Below, piece by piece: positions 20,094-29,765 of a stretch of DNA of 64,000 nt. The notes below the pieces were generated by a model. That model was not told the DNA's origin. It did no database searches and saw nothing but the letters and a program-made list of their open reading frames with translations. Location of the stretch: assembly GCA_944391075.1 (NCBI GenBank), contig CALXSG010000002.1, forward strand, positions 27,869 to 91,868, read 5' to 3'. Position 1 is the stretch's first letter, and every line of letters begins with the position of its first letter. The DNA is from an uncultured Rickettsiales bacterium (GTDB lineage Bacteria > Pseudomonadota > Alphaproteobacteria > Rickettsiales > UBA1997). The translations under genes and the position numbers were made by a program.

Positions 20094-20243
20094 ACTACCG
20101 AATGGGACAGGGATTTAGAATTACACCCGAGGCAACGTCTAAAACAACGGGAGCTGTCACTTTCGACAATTGCGTCGTTACCACGGCACCCACCTTTACA
20201 CAAAGGTCTCATTGTACTACTTTTCATCCCATTTGGTGGTTTT
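20094..20243. ncRNA. Candidate structured small RNA, class unresolved (6S- or SRP-like closed rod)
   Basis: About 150-nt island much more GC-rich than its flanks. A 14-bp closing stem pairs 20094-20107 with 20227-20240, followed by TTTT. Internal hairpins ACCTTT-ACAC-AAAGGT and TGTC-ACTTTC-GACA. G-U versus A-C pairs give conflicting strand signals: the terminal stem favours +, the inner CCG-GGCAACG/CGTTACC-CGG helix favours -. Confidence 0.35.
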
Positions 20244-20829
20244 AGTAATACAATGTCATTTGATCTTGTCTTATATCATAACCCCTTAATTTATTTAAAA
20301 AATTCATTCCTAAGAGTGATTCTCCATCTAAATCTTTGCTAACTAATATCCACATTGAATCAACAGTAAAATTACCTATTTGAATATCAGTAATTTCAGC
20401 ACTTGCGGCAAAAGATAAACCATTAGCAGTATTAAGAGGGATATCAAAAGATAATTTTTCAGTATTAATTCCAACTCGTCTAGCATCTTTAAGAGTTAAT
20501 GTGGTCGTTGTAGCACCAGTATCTATCAAAAATAAAACTTTTTTACCATTGATATCTATTGATATATGAAAATGATTATCATTTGATTTTAAAATTTTTA
20601 ATTCATTATTTCCTGTATCGTACGCATTATATGGAATAAAATTTTTAAATAAAAATCTATTGTTATATAAAATCACAATAAGAAAAATAATAAATAACCA
20701 TATGGACAAGTTTTTAAGTTTCTTATTTATATCAGTTGTACTTCTAATAAAAAGACTAGAAATCAACATTGCAAGCAATATTATACTGTATATTAAATTA
20801 TTCCATTCACCTTGTGTTAGATCAAACAT
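20242..20829 (-). CDS. Membrane-anchored retropepsin-like aspartic protease (APRc / TIGR02281-like)
   Basis: Two N-terminal TM segments, then 'VLFLIDTGATTTTLTLKDARRVGI' (DTGA active-site motif) and the C-terminal 'LLGMNFLNKL'. Confidence 0.8.
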   Translation of the reverse strand: MFDLTQGEWNNLIYSIILLAMLISSLFIRSTTDINKKLKNLSIWLFIIFLIVILYNNRFLFKNFIPYNAYDTGNNELKILKSNDNHFHISIDINGKKVLFLIDTGATTTTLTLKDARRVGINTEKLSFDIPLNTANGLSFAASAEITDIQIGNFTVDSMWILVSKDLDGESLLGMNFLNKLRGYDIRQDQMTLYY

Positions 20830-20889
20830 AATAATTATTGTACCTTTTTATATTTTATATAGCCTACAAAACAATGCTGTTAATATTTA

Positions 20890-21666
20890 TTAAAGCATTT
20901 CAACACCAATTAATTCATAATAAAAATCATGGCATAAATAACCATTATTAATAGCAGTTTTATAATCTACTGATGTAGTAGCATCGTGTTTAGTTCTATC
21001 TGAATAACAAAATGATCTCATTTTTCCTTCATTATAAACACCATCATCAACTTTTTGATCAATTTTATAAAATACCCTTGGTTTTATATGTGTATTAGTA
21101 TCCACAAATTGAAAATAAACACCATTCATAGCACTACGAAATTGTGGCCATGTTCCATTATTATCTTTAAAATTTATAGTCTTTGGACCTATAGCTCTTA
21201 AATCCCCATTAAATAATTCAGGAGCTGCACCACTAGTACCACAAACCTTAATACCACTAGCACTTGGTTTAAAATCGTTAGTCTTTGCTAAATACATATC
21301 AAGCCAAAAAGCACCACATGTTGAAAGAGCAGTAGCACCATCAAGCCCTTCGTAATTACTAAGACCAAAATTAGATAATGTATACACCTTTTTAGCATAA
21401 ACAACCCAATTTCTATAATACAATTCACCAATATAATATGAATTATTCAAATTACTTGGCAATCTACCTTTTAAAGAATAAAAAGCATTAATATTTTTTT
21501 TCCAATCATCAGTAGCACTAATAAACGATCTAACTTTTGCTGTCTCAATCAAACTAGCAATACTAGTAATAGATACACCAAGCAAAGCCAATATAAGTAA
21601 AACCATCGACATTTCAATTAACGAAAAAGCCACTTCATTATTCAAAAAATCTTTTTTAATTTTCAT
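20890..21666 (-). CDS. Prepilin-type N-terminal methylation-motif protein (pilin/pseudopilin-like), orphan
   Basis: 'NNEVAFSLIEMSMVLLILALLG' is a class III signal with the conserved Glu at +5. Large Cys-containing C-terminal domain. No pilus assembly genes nearby. Confidence 0.65.
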   Translation of the reverse strand: MKIKKDFLNNEVAFSLIEMSMVLLILALLGVSITSIASLIETAKVRSFISATDDWKKNINAFYSLKGRLPSNLNNSYYIGELYYRNWVVYAKKVYTLSNFGLSNYEGLDGATALSTCGAFWLDMYLAKTNDFKPSASGIKVCGTSGAAPELFNGDLRAIGPKTINFKDNNGTWPQFRSAMNGVYFQFVDTNTHIKPRVFYKIDQKVDDGVYNEGKMRSFCYSDRTKHDATTSVDYKTAINNGYLCHDFYYELIGVEML

Positions 21667-21778
21667 AGTTAAATTTAGAGTTTACATTTTTAAAAATCCT
21701 ACATCTATATGGTATACATATTAAGTATATTAGTCAATAGATTTTTTTAAAATTTTAATATATTTTTTTTATATCTTA

Positions 21779-21806
21779 TTGACATTGTAAAAAAATACTT
21801 TAAAAT
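21779..21806 (+). promoter_or_regulatory. Putative sigma70 promoter of tRNA-Leu
   Basis: TTGACA (21779-21784), 16 nt spacer, TAAAAT (21801-21806); 9 nt before the tRNA 5' end. Confidence 0.45.
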
Positions 21807-21815
21807 ATTATTCAT

Positions 21816-21900
21816 GCGGCTATGGTGGAATTGGTAGACACGCAGTGTTGAGGTCGCTGTTCCGCAAGGAGTGGAAGTTCAAGTCTTCTTAGCCGCACCA
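21816..21900 (+). tRNA. tRNA-Leu (anticodon GAG), long variable arm, CCA encoded
   Basis: Acceptor GCGGCTA/TAGCCGC, anticodon stem CAGTG/CGCTG with loop TTGAGGT, 13-nt variable arm, T arm GGAAG-TTCAAGT-CTTCT, then A plus CCA. Confidence 0.9.
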
Positions 21901-22003
21901 ATTTCAATCCTAATAATCATAATGTAATATTAAATAAGAAATATATGCACTATTAGATACAAGAACATAATAATGTATTAACAGGATATAAAAGTAGATA
22001 TTT

Positions 22004-22036
22004 TGCTAGCAAAAAGAATTTATCTTCTTGCTAGCA
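22004..22036. terminator. Hairpin between tRNA-Leu and the convergent pheT
   Basis: 9-bp perfect stem TGCTAGCAA/TTGCTAGCA with a ~15-nt loop, 8 nt beyond the pheT stop. Confidence 0.4.
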
Positions 22037-22044
22037 TTTATATA

Positions 22045-24495
22045 TTAATTATCTCTTAAAATACCTTTATATTCATTAGTAATTGAGGAAATAATTTTAT
22101 CACTTATTTTATCGATTTCTTCTGTTGTTAAAGTTTTATTTAAAGGTTGTATAACAATTGAGAAAGCAACCGATTTCTTATCTTCTTCAATGTTATCGCC
22201 TTGGTAAATATCAAAAATATGTACTTCTTTGATTAATTCTTTATTTACCTTCTTTACAGAATTTACAATCTTGCCAATTTCTAAATCTTTATCAACTATA
22301 AATGCAAAATCTCTGTGAATTGGTTGTAAATCATTTAAAATAAATTTTTTCTTTTGAGTTGTTTTTTGAATTTTTATTTTTGGTAAATTATCTAAATAAA
22401 TTTCAAAAGCATTTACTTTATCTTTTAAACCAATTTTGTTAGATTTTAATGGATGTATTTCACCAAAAACACCTAAAATAACATTTCCCATTTTAACTGC
22501 TCCACTTCTGTAAGGGTGGTAATAATCAGGAACATCATGTGTAATAATTAAATTATCAGCATTTATATTAAACAATTTTAATACATCATATAAATCTTTT
22601 TTTACATCATATATATCATAATTTCTAGCCGAATTAAATACATCTTTCTTAGCTGTTTTTCCAATTCTAACTCCGGCAACCATTTCTTTTTGTCCTTGTG
22701 GAGTTTGATTTATAAATATTTTTCCTTGCTCAAAAATACAAATATCTTCAATAGCCCTATCTTGATTATATTTTGCAATAGTCATTAAATTAGGAACAAT
22801 ACTTGGTCTCATGTATGATAATTCGCTATTTATAGGATTTTGAACTTTTAAATCATCATGTATTAAAGAAAACTCACTAGCTATTACTTCATTCATAAAA
22901 CTCCAACTAATTACTTCAATCATACCATTGCTAGATAATACAGAAACAACATCATGCATTTTATCATAAAACAATTTATTTTCTATATTATCATTATCTT
23001 CACCAATTTTTTCACTAGCAATTTTTGCTTCTTTTAAATTATCATAACCATAAATTCTAATAATATCTTCTATAACATTTTCTTTAATTGTAACATCATT
23101 TCTCCATGACGGAACAGTTAAAGTTAAAATATCTAAATCACTAGTTTCTTCCTTAACTTGATAACCTAATTTATTTAAAACATCAATAATATCTTGTCTT
23201 TCAATTTTAATACCTAAAACTAATTCAACATCTTCAATATTAAAAGCAATTTTCTTTTCTTTGAAAACTTTTGCTGAACCACACTCGCAAAAATGATTAT
23301 CAGAACATGGAGTACCTTTTGTAATCTCACTAACTTCACCACCACATATTGTAGTAATTAAATGTGTTGCATAATTTATAGCTAATTCACCACTTAAAGC
23401 GTCAACACCCCTTTCAAATCTAAATTTTGCATCAGTATTAATATTTAAACCTCTGGCTGTTGTAGCTATTGAAATTGGTTCAAAAATAGCACATTCTAAT
23501 AAAATATTTTGTGTTTCATTTGAAGAACCACTTAATTCACCACCAATAACACCACCAAGCCCTAAAATATTATCATGTGAATCATTAATTAAAGTTGTAC
23601 CTGGTTTTAATATATATTCATTATGATCTAATGCTTTAAACTTTTCACCACCAATAGACTTTTTAACCACAATATTTCCATTGATTTTATCAGCATCATA
23701 ACAATGCATAGGTCTATTTAAAACAAACATTACATAATTAGTAATATCAACTAAGGCTGATTTAGGGTTTAAACCAATAGCAATTAATTTTTCTTTCATC
23801 CAATCTGGTGATTCACAATTCTTTACATTTTTTATATATCTACATAAAAATTCTGGACAATTATTATCTTGCATTTCAACTTTTATTGGACTAGGAATTG
23901 TAGCATTTATTTTATAGTCCTTAAACTCCTTTAAAGTACCAATGCTTGTTGCACTTAAATCTCTAGCAATACCATAAACACCTAAACAATCACCTCTGTT
24001 TGGTGTAATATTAATATCTATTGTAATATCATCAAGTCCTTTAATTTCAGCAATGCTTTTGCCAAGCTCTGTATCTTGTGGTAATTCTAAAATACCTGTA
24101 TGATCTTCACCTAAACCTAATTCTTTTTCAGAACAAAGCATACCACAACTTTCAACACCTCTAATCTTACTTTTTGAGATTTTAAAATCACTATTAGGCA
24201 TTGTAATACCAACAGGAGCCAAAACAGCTTTCATTCCACTCTTAACATTAGGAGCACCACAAACTATTTGCAAAACTTCACCATCTGCTTTTTTTACTTT
24301 ACAAATATGTAAATGATCAGAATTAGGGTGATTTTCTACATTCTCAACTAATACGCAACAAAAGTCTTTTAAATTTTTATTATTATCAATAACTTCTTCA
24401 ATTTCAAGACCAATTTGATCTAATTTATCACATATTTCACAAGCACTTGCTTGTGTGTCCAAATATTCTTTTAACCATTTAAGAGTGAATTTCAT
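22045..24495 (-). CDS. pheT: Phenylalanine--tRNA ligase beta subunit
   Basis: 816 aa. N-terminal tRNA-binding domain ('HPNSDHLHICKV'), B3_4 ('GLGGVIGGELSG'), B5 and C-terminal anticodon-binding domains. No pheS is adjacent. Confidence 0.9.
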   Translation of the reverse strand: MKFTLKWLKEYLDTQASACEICDKLDQIGLEIEEVIDNNKNLKDFCCVLVENVENHPNSDHLHICKVKKADGEVLQIVCGAPNVKSGMKAVLAPVGITMPNSDFKISKSKIRGVESCGMLCSEKELGLGEDHTGILELPQDTELGKSIAEIKGLDDITIDINITPNRGDCLGVYGIARDLSATSIGTLKEFKDYKINATIPSPIKVEMQDNNCPEFLCRYIKNVKNCESPDWMKEKLIAIGLNPKSALVDITNYVMFVLNRPMHCYDADKINGNIVVKKSIGGEKFKALDHNEYILKPGTTLINDSHDNILGLGGVIGGELSGSSNETQNILLECAIFEPISIATTARGLNINTDAKFRFERGVDALSGELAINYATHLITTICGGEVSEITKGTPCSDNHFCECGSAKVFKEKKIAFNIEDVELVLGIKIERQDIIDVLNKLGYQVKEETSDLDILTLTVPSWRNDVTIKENVIEDIIRIYGYDNLKEAKIASEKIGEDNDNIENKLFYDKMHDVVSVLSSNGMIEVISWSFMNEVIASEFSLIHDDLKVQNPINSELSYMRPSIVPNLMTIAKYNQDRAIEDICIFEQGKIFINQTPQGQKEMVAGVRIGKTAKKDVFNSARNYDIYDVKKDLYDVLKLFNINADNLIITHDVPDYYHPYRSGAVKMGNVILGVFGEIHPLKSNKIGLKDKVNAFEIYLDNLPKIKIQKTTQKKKFILNDLQPIHRDFAFIVDKDLEIGKIVNSVKKVNKELIKEVHIFDIYQGDNIEEDKKSVAFSIVIQPLNKTLTTEEIDKISDKIISSITNEYKGILRDN

Positions 24496-24566
24496 ATATC
24501 AAAAATTTTTATGCATATAATAAAATGCTAAATTATTATTTTATTTTATCAAGAAAAAATTAAATA

Positions 24567-24595
24567 GAAAAAGCATATCGTAAATACGATATGCT
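24567..24595 (-). terminator. Rho-independent terminator of efp
   Basis: Stem AGCATATCGTA/TACGATATGCT, followed on the minus strand by TTTTTCT. Confidence 0.7.
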
Positions 24596-24620
24596 ATAAA
24601 AGTAAAAATATATTTAATAA

Positions 24621-25187
24621 TTATTTAGCTCTTTCAACATAAGTAGCATCTTCTGTTCTAACAACAATTTTATCATCACTTGTAATAAATGGTGGAACCA
24701 TAACTCTAACACCATTTTCTAAAATTGCTGGTTTGTAAGATGCAGTAGCTGTTTGTCCCTTAACTGTTGCTTCTGTTGATTGAATTTTCATAACAACTTT
24801 TTCTGGAAGTCTAATTCTAATAGCTTCACCATCACAATACTCAACAACAACATCCATACCATCTTGTAAAAATGGTAAAGCTTCACCAACCAATTCTTTA
24901 CTTAATGATAATTGTTCATATGTATCCATATCCATTAAAGCTAAATTATCACCGTCCATATATTGATATTGATAAGGCTTATCTTCCATATTAGCTTTTT
25001 CAACATCATCAGTAGTATTAAATCTATTCATTAATTTATTTCCTGATTTAATATCTTTCATCTCAACTTGTAAGAAAGCACCACCCTTTCCTGGTTTAAC
25101 ATGCTCTCTTTTTGTAACCATACAATATTTTCCGTTATATATAATAACGTTTCCTACACTAATTGAATTTACGTTCATATAATCCAT
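24621..25187 (-). CDS. efp: Elongation factor P
   Basis: 'VKPGKGGAFLQVEMKD' loop and the three-domain length. The start could be Met1 or Met4. Confidence 0.9.
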   Translation of the reverse strand: MDYMNVNSISVGNVIIYNGKYCMVTKREHVKPGKGGAFLQVEMKDIKSGNKLMNRFNTTDDVEKANMEDKPYQYQYMDGDNLALMDMDTYEQLSLSKELVGEALPFLQDGMDVVVEYCDGEAIRIRLPEKVVMKIQSTEATVKGQTATASYKPAILENGVRVMVPPFITSDDKIVVRTEDATYVERAK

Positions 25188-25319
25188 AATATTTTAAACT
25201 TGTCTCTAGAATAAGTTTAGAAAATAAAAAAATCAATAGAATTATAAAAATTTTTATAAATCTTGATATTTTATTTTTTATTTTTTATAATATATTTATT
25301 AATGTAAATGAGGTTTAAA

Positions 25320-25481
25320 GTGTTAAAATATATATTAGTTTTATTAACTTTTTTAACTTTACAGTCATGTACCGCAAATAGAGTGATTGAAGTTAAAAGT
25401 CCTTGTGTTTCTGGTGAAGATGGCCCTTGTGGTCCTAAAAGATTCATCAATACTTGGTTAAATCAAAGTCAATTAAGTTAA
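25320..25481 (+). CDS. Small lipoprotein (53 aa), absent from the ORF track
   Basis: GTG start 6 nt after GAGG. Encodes VLKYILVLLTFLTLQSCTANRVIEVKSPCVSGEDGPCGPKRFINTWLNQSQLS, with signal peptide plus lipobox 'LQSC'. Recalls small Cys-rich lipoproteins of Rickettsiales (DUF2706-like; from memory, unverified). Confidence 0.55.
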   Translation: MLKYILVLLTFLTLQSCTANRVIEVKSPCVSGEDGPCGPKRFINTWLNQSQLS

Positions 25482-25505
25482 TTATAGAACAATTTAGTAA
25501 GAAAA

Positions 25506-26942
25506 ATGAAAAAATTAATAATAATTAATGTTTTATTATTTGTAGTATTTTTGGGTGTATATACCATAAATAGTAATTTAGGAAAATACATTTTTAATAC
25601 AAATAAATTATTACTTTTAGCTGATAATAATAATTTTTTTGAAGTATCTTCTAACAAAGACAATAAAATTAATCAAAAAACAGGTTTGGATTCAAATTCT
25701 GCAATTCAAATTGAAGATTATGGTGCATTATATAATGATGTAGTAAAAATGATTCAAACAACTTATGTTGAAGATGTTGATGAAAATGAATTTTTTGAAG
25801 CATCTTTAAATGGTATGCTAACATCATTAGATCCACATTCAGCTTATTTTTCAGCAGAAGAGTATGAACAATTAGTCAACGACACACAAGGTGAATTTAG
25901 TGGCTTAGGAATTGAAGTAACAGTTGAAAATTCTTTCGTAAAAGTTGTTACCCCAATAGATGATGGCCCCGCATACAAAGCTGGTATAAAAGCCGGTGAT
26001 TATATTAGTGAAATCGACGGAAAATCAGTAATTAATATGACCTTAAATGAAGCCGTTAAAATGATGAGAGGTAAAAATAAAAAAGATAAAGGAACAGTTA
26101 AATTAACAATTTTAAGATCTGGTGAAAAAGAACCATTAGAATTTAAAATAAAAAGAGATGTTATAAAAACAGACTCTGTAAAAGCAAGAGCAGAAGGTGA
26201 TATAATTTACTTACGTATTGCAAGCTTTACTGGACAAACTTATGCTAATATGATTAAAGAATTCAATAAAGTTGAAAATGAAATTGGCAAAGAAAATGTT
26301 AAAGGTTTAGTTCTTGATTTAAGAAATAACCCTGGTGGACTTTTAGATGCTTCTGTATTTGTTTCTGATGCCTTCTTAGATAAAGGACAAAAGATTGTCA
26401 GCATAAAAGGTAAAAATGGCATTTTAATGAAAGAATATACAGCATTAAACGATCAAGATTTAATACCTGGTTTGCCTATGGTTGTTTTAATAAACGAAGG
26501 TTCAGCTTCCGCTTCTGAAATTGTAGCTGGTGCCTTACAAGACAATGGTCGTGCTATTATTCTTGGTAAACAATCATTTGGTAAAGGTTCAGTTCAATCA
26601 ATAATTCCTTTAACAAATGGTGGTGGTATCAAATTGACAATTGCTAAATACTATACTCCTAATGATATTTCTATACAAGCAGAAGGTATTAAACCTGATA
26701 TAGAAGTTGGTTTAGCTAAATTAGAAACAATAGACACAAGCAAATGGACAACAAAAGAGAATGATTTAAAAGGTCATTTAGAAAATGAAGATAAAGTTGA
26801 AGATGATATTGTACATAAAGAAATTAAAAAACAATTAAAAACCAATAATGAATCAATGTACAATAAGGATTATCAATTAGCAAGAGCTCTTGATTTATTA
26901 CTTGGTATTAATTTTTATAATCAAAATAATAAAGCAAAATAG
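25506..26942 (+). CDS. ctpA: Carboxy-terminal processing protease (S41 family)
   Basis: Signal peptide, PDZ domain, 'NEGSASASEIVAGALQD' (Ser nucleophile) and 'SFGKGSVQ' (Lys). Confidence 0.9.
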   Translation: MKKLIIINVLLFVVFLGVYTINSNLGKYIFNTNKLLLLADNNNFFEVSSNKDNKINQKTGLDSNSAIQIEDYGALYNDVVKMIQTTYVEDVDENEFFEASLNGMLTSLDPHSAYFSAEEYEQLVNDTQGEFSGLGIEVTVENSFVKVVTPIDDGPAYKAGIKAGDYISEIDGKSVINMTLNEAVKMMRGKNKKDKGTVKLTILRSGEKEPLEFKIKRDVIKTDSVKARAEGDIIYLRIASFTGQTYANMIKEFNKVENEIGKENVKGLVLDLRNNPGGLLDASVFVSDAFLDKGQKIVSIKGKNGILMKEYTALNDQDLIPGLPMVVLINEGSASASEIVAGALQDNGRAIILGKQSFGKGSVQSIIPLTNGGGIKLTIAKYYTPNDISIQAEGIKPDIEVGLAKLETIDTSKWTTKENDLKGHLENEDKVEDDIVHKEIKKQLKTNNESMYNKDYQLARALDLLLGINFYNQNNKAK

Positions 26943-26945
26943 TAT

Positions 26946-27842
26946 ATGAAAAGTGTAATTATTTTTATCATTTCTTTGCTTTTTATCAACACATTGCAAG
27001 CAAGTGATTTTAAAGTTGTTGCAAAAGTTAATGATAAAATAATTACACAATATGATTTAGAAAATTATACAAATATGCTTAATACATATTTTAAGACATC
27101 TCAAAATATGAATTATAAAAATATACAAAATGAAGTTTTAAATCAATTAATTGATGACACTTTAAAACAAGAAGCTATTGAAAAAGAAAAGATTATTTTA
27201 GATGAAGATGAATTTAATTATTTCTTAAAAACCTTTGAAGAAAAAAATAATATTAAAGATCACAAATATAATGAAGAATCATATTTAAATACTGTTAAAA
27301 TTAATTTTTTATGGTTAAAATTAATAGATCAAAAAATAAAACCTTCTGTAAGTGTTAATGATTCAGAAGTTAATGATTCTCTAGAGTATTTAGCAGATAA
27401 TCCAATTAGAACTAGATACAATATTTCGCAAATAGTTATTTATGATAGACAAAATAGTGATGCTAATAATATTGTTAATAAATTATATAATGAAATAAAA
27501 TCAAATAATAATTTTGAGAAATTAGCTGAAAAATTTTCACAAGATGAAACTAGTAAAAAAAATGCTGGCTATGTTGGTTGGGTTGATGAAATGGAAATTA
27601 ATGAAAAAATATATTCTGCTATAAAAAATTTAAAGGTTGGTAATACAACAAAACCTATATATTTTGATAATGGAAATTTTTATCTTCTTATAAAATTAAA
27701 TGATAAAAAAGAAGAAAAAATTGTAAGGCAAGATGATATTGTTAGAGCAAAATATTATATATATGGACAAAAACTAAATTTAGCTATTAAAAATTATTTA
27801 GATAGCCTTTATAATAATGCTTTCATAGAAACTTATATATAA
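26946..27842 (+). CDS. SurA-like periplasmic chaperone / parvulin-type PPIase
   Basis: Signal peptide, SurA-N-like helical region, and a parvulin-like segment 'SQDETSKKNAGYVGWVDEMEI'. Confidence 0.6.
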   Translation: MKSVIIFIISLLFINTLQASDFKVVAKVNDKIITQYDLENYTNMLNTYFKTSQNMNYKNIQNEVLNQLIDDTLKQEAIEKEKIILDEDEFNYFLKTFEEKNNIKDHKYNEESYLNTVKINFLWLKLIDQKIKPSVSVNDSEVNDSLEYLADNPIRTRYNISQIVIYDRQNSDANNIVNKLYNEIKSNNNFEKLAEKFSQDETSKKNAGYVGWVDEMEINEKIYSAIKNLKVGNTTKPIYFDNGNFYLLIKLNDKKEEKIVRQDDIVRAKYYIYGQKLNLAIKNYLDSLYNNAFIETYI

Positions 27843-27906
27843 TTTCGCTTGACAAAAAAGTACTTTTTTATAATCTATTCAATAGTTTATTTATATTAAA
27901 TACAAT

Positions 27907-29328
27907 ATGAAAGATATTTTTTTGAATAATACATTAACACGAAAAATTGATAAATTGATACCAGCAAAAAATAATGAAATTACAATGTACTGCTGTGGAC
28001 CAACTGTTTATAATTATGCACATATTGGAAATCTTAGAACTTATATTTTTGAAGATATTTTAAATAAAACTTTGAAACTTGCGGGATATAATGTAAAACA
28101 TGAAATGAATATTACTGACGTAGGACATCTTACTAGTGATGCTGACGAAGGTGAAGACAAAATGTTGCTTGCTGCCGAAAAAGAAAAACAAAGTGTTTTT
28201 GATATTGCAAAAAAATATGAAAATAAATTTTTTGAAGATACAAAAGAATTAAATTTAAGCAAACCAAATATTATTGCAAGAGCATCGGAGCATATTGATG
28301 ACATGATTAAATTTATATCAAAACTAGAAGAATTAGGTTATGCTTATAAAGCTAAAAATGGAAATATATATTTTGATACAGAAAAATTTAAAGACTATGG
28401 TAAACTATCCGGACAAGACAGAAAAGATTTAAAACATGGAGCTAGGGTAGATAAAGATGAAAATAAGAAAAATCCTTCTGATTTTGTTTTATGGTTTGTT
28501 TCATCTAAATTTAAAAATCAAATATTACAATGGGACTCTCCTTGGGGTGTTGGTTATCCTGGTTGGCATATTGAATGTTCTGCTATGGCTATGAAATATT
28601 TAGGTGAAAATATTGATATTCATTGTGGTGGTATTGATCATATTACAGTACACCATGAAAATGAAAAAGCACAGAGTGAAGCATATTTAGGACATCAATG
28701 GGTAAATAATTGGGTACACTCTGAATTTTTGCAAATAAAAGATGGTAAAATGTCAAAATCTTCTGGTAATTTTATTACACTTGATACATTAAAAGAAAAA
28801 GGCTATAAACCATTACATTACAAATATTTTACTTTAACAGCACACTATAAAACACCATTAATTTTTTCTTATGAAAATTTAGATTCTGCAAAAAATGCTT
28901 ATGAAAATTTATTAGTAAAAATTAAGAATTGGAAAGAAAATATTGAAGATAATATAGAAAATGAAGAAGAATATAAAAAACAATTGGAAGAATATAAAAG
29001 CAAATTTGATAATTTTTTATTTGATGATTTAAAGACTCCACAAGCTTTATCTATAATATGGGAAGTATCAAAATCTAATTTACCTAATAAATATAAATTA
29101 GATTTTATAAATCATACAGAAAAAGTTTTTAATTTATCATTAAATAATGAAGAAAACTTTATAAAAGCAGAAATTCCACAAGAAATTATAGAAATTGCAG
29201 AAAATAGAAAAATTGCTAAACAAAATAAAGATTGGGCTTCTGCTGATAATTTTAGAGATAAAATTTTAGAACTTGGTTATATTATAAAAGATAAACCAAA
29301 TAATGAATATGAATTAATAAAAAAGTAA
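27907..29328 (+). CDS. cysS: Cysteine--tRNA ligase
   Basis: 'CGPTVYNYAHIGNLR' (HIGH) and 'KMSKSSGN' (KMSKS). Confidence 0.95.
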   Translation: MKDIFLNNTLTRKIDKLIPAKNNEITMYCCGPTVYNYAHIGNLRTYIFEDILNKTLKLAGYNVKHEMNITDVGHLTSDADEGEDKMLLAAEKEKQSVFDIAKKYENKFFEDTKELNLSKPNIIARASEHIDDMIKFISKLEELGYAYKAKNGNIYFDTEKFKDYGKLSGQDRKDLKHGARVDKDENKKNPSDFVLWFVSSKFKNQILQWDSPWGVGYPGWHIECSAMAMKYLGENIDIHCGGIDHITVHHENEKAQSEAYLGHQWVNNWVHSEFLQIKDGKMSKSSGNFITLDTLKEKGYKPLHYKYFTLTAHYKTPLIFSYENLDSAKNAYENLLVKIKNWKENIEDNIENEEEYKKQLEEYKSKFDNFLFDDLKTPQALSIIWEVSKSNLPNKYKLDFINHTEKVFNLSLNNEENFIKAEIPQEIIEIAENRKIAKQNKDWASADNFRDKILELGYIIKDKPNNEYELIKK

Positions 29329-29750
29329 TGATTATGGAAAATTTTACATATAATGTTAGAGTTTATTATGATAGTACAGACGCTGGTGGTGTTGTATATC
29401 ATTCAAAGTATTTAGACTTTTGCGAAAGAGCAAGAACAGAATTTTTAAGAAGTAAAAATATTATTCAATCAAAATTATTTGAAGAAGCTGGTATTGGCTT
29501 TGTTGTAAAAAATGCTAGTTTAGAATTTAAAAAGTCCGCAAAACTAGATGATTTATTAAAAATAGAAACAAAAGTTTTAGAAAATTCTGGTGTTATTATA
29601 AAAATGCTCCAAGAAATTTATTTAATTTCTAGGGAAGGGCGAGAAGTGAATAATGAATTACTATTTCAAATGAACGTAAATTTAGTTTGCATAAACAAAA
29701 ATTTTAGACCAACTAGAATACCTAAAGATATTTGTGAAAAAATTAAATAA
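29328..29750 (+). CDS. ybgC: YbgC-type acyl-CoA thioesterase (4HBT fold)
   Basis: 'VRVYYDSTDAGGVVYHSKYLDFCERARTEFLR'. The start may be Met3 (29334). Confidence 0.85.
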   Translation: MIMENFTYNVRVYYDSTDAGGVVYHSKYLDFCERARTEFLRSKNIIQSKLFEEAGIGFVVKNASLEFKKSAKLDDLLKIETKVLENSGVIIKMLQEIYLISREGREVNNELLFQMNVNLVCINKNFRPTRIPKDICEKIK

Positions 29751-29765
29751 TGTACAATCAAATTA

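Noticed and set aside
20094-20243. Two-piece alphaproteobacterial tmRNA or a tRNA-like gene. 'GGGAGCTGTCACTTTCGACAATTGCG' resembles the tmRNA 5' end GGGGCUGA..UUCGAC..UUGCG.
   Set aside because: There is no T-arm (GGTTCGA.TCC), no complementary acceptor 3' strand with ACCA, and no tag reading frame. The available length (~150 nt, abutting a CDS) is too short.
25478-25663. 61-aa minus-strand ORF overlapping the ctpA start.
   Set aside because: It is antisense to the ctpA signal peptide and to the end of the better-supported small lipoprotein gene (25320-25481).
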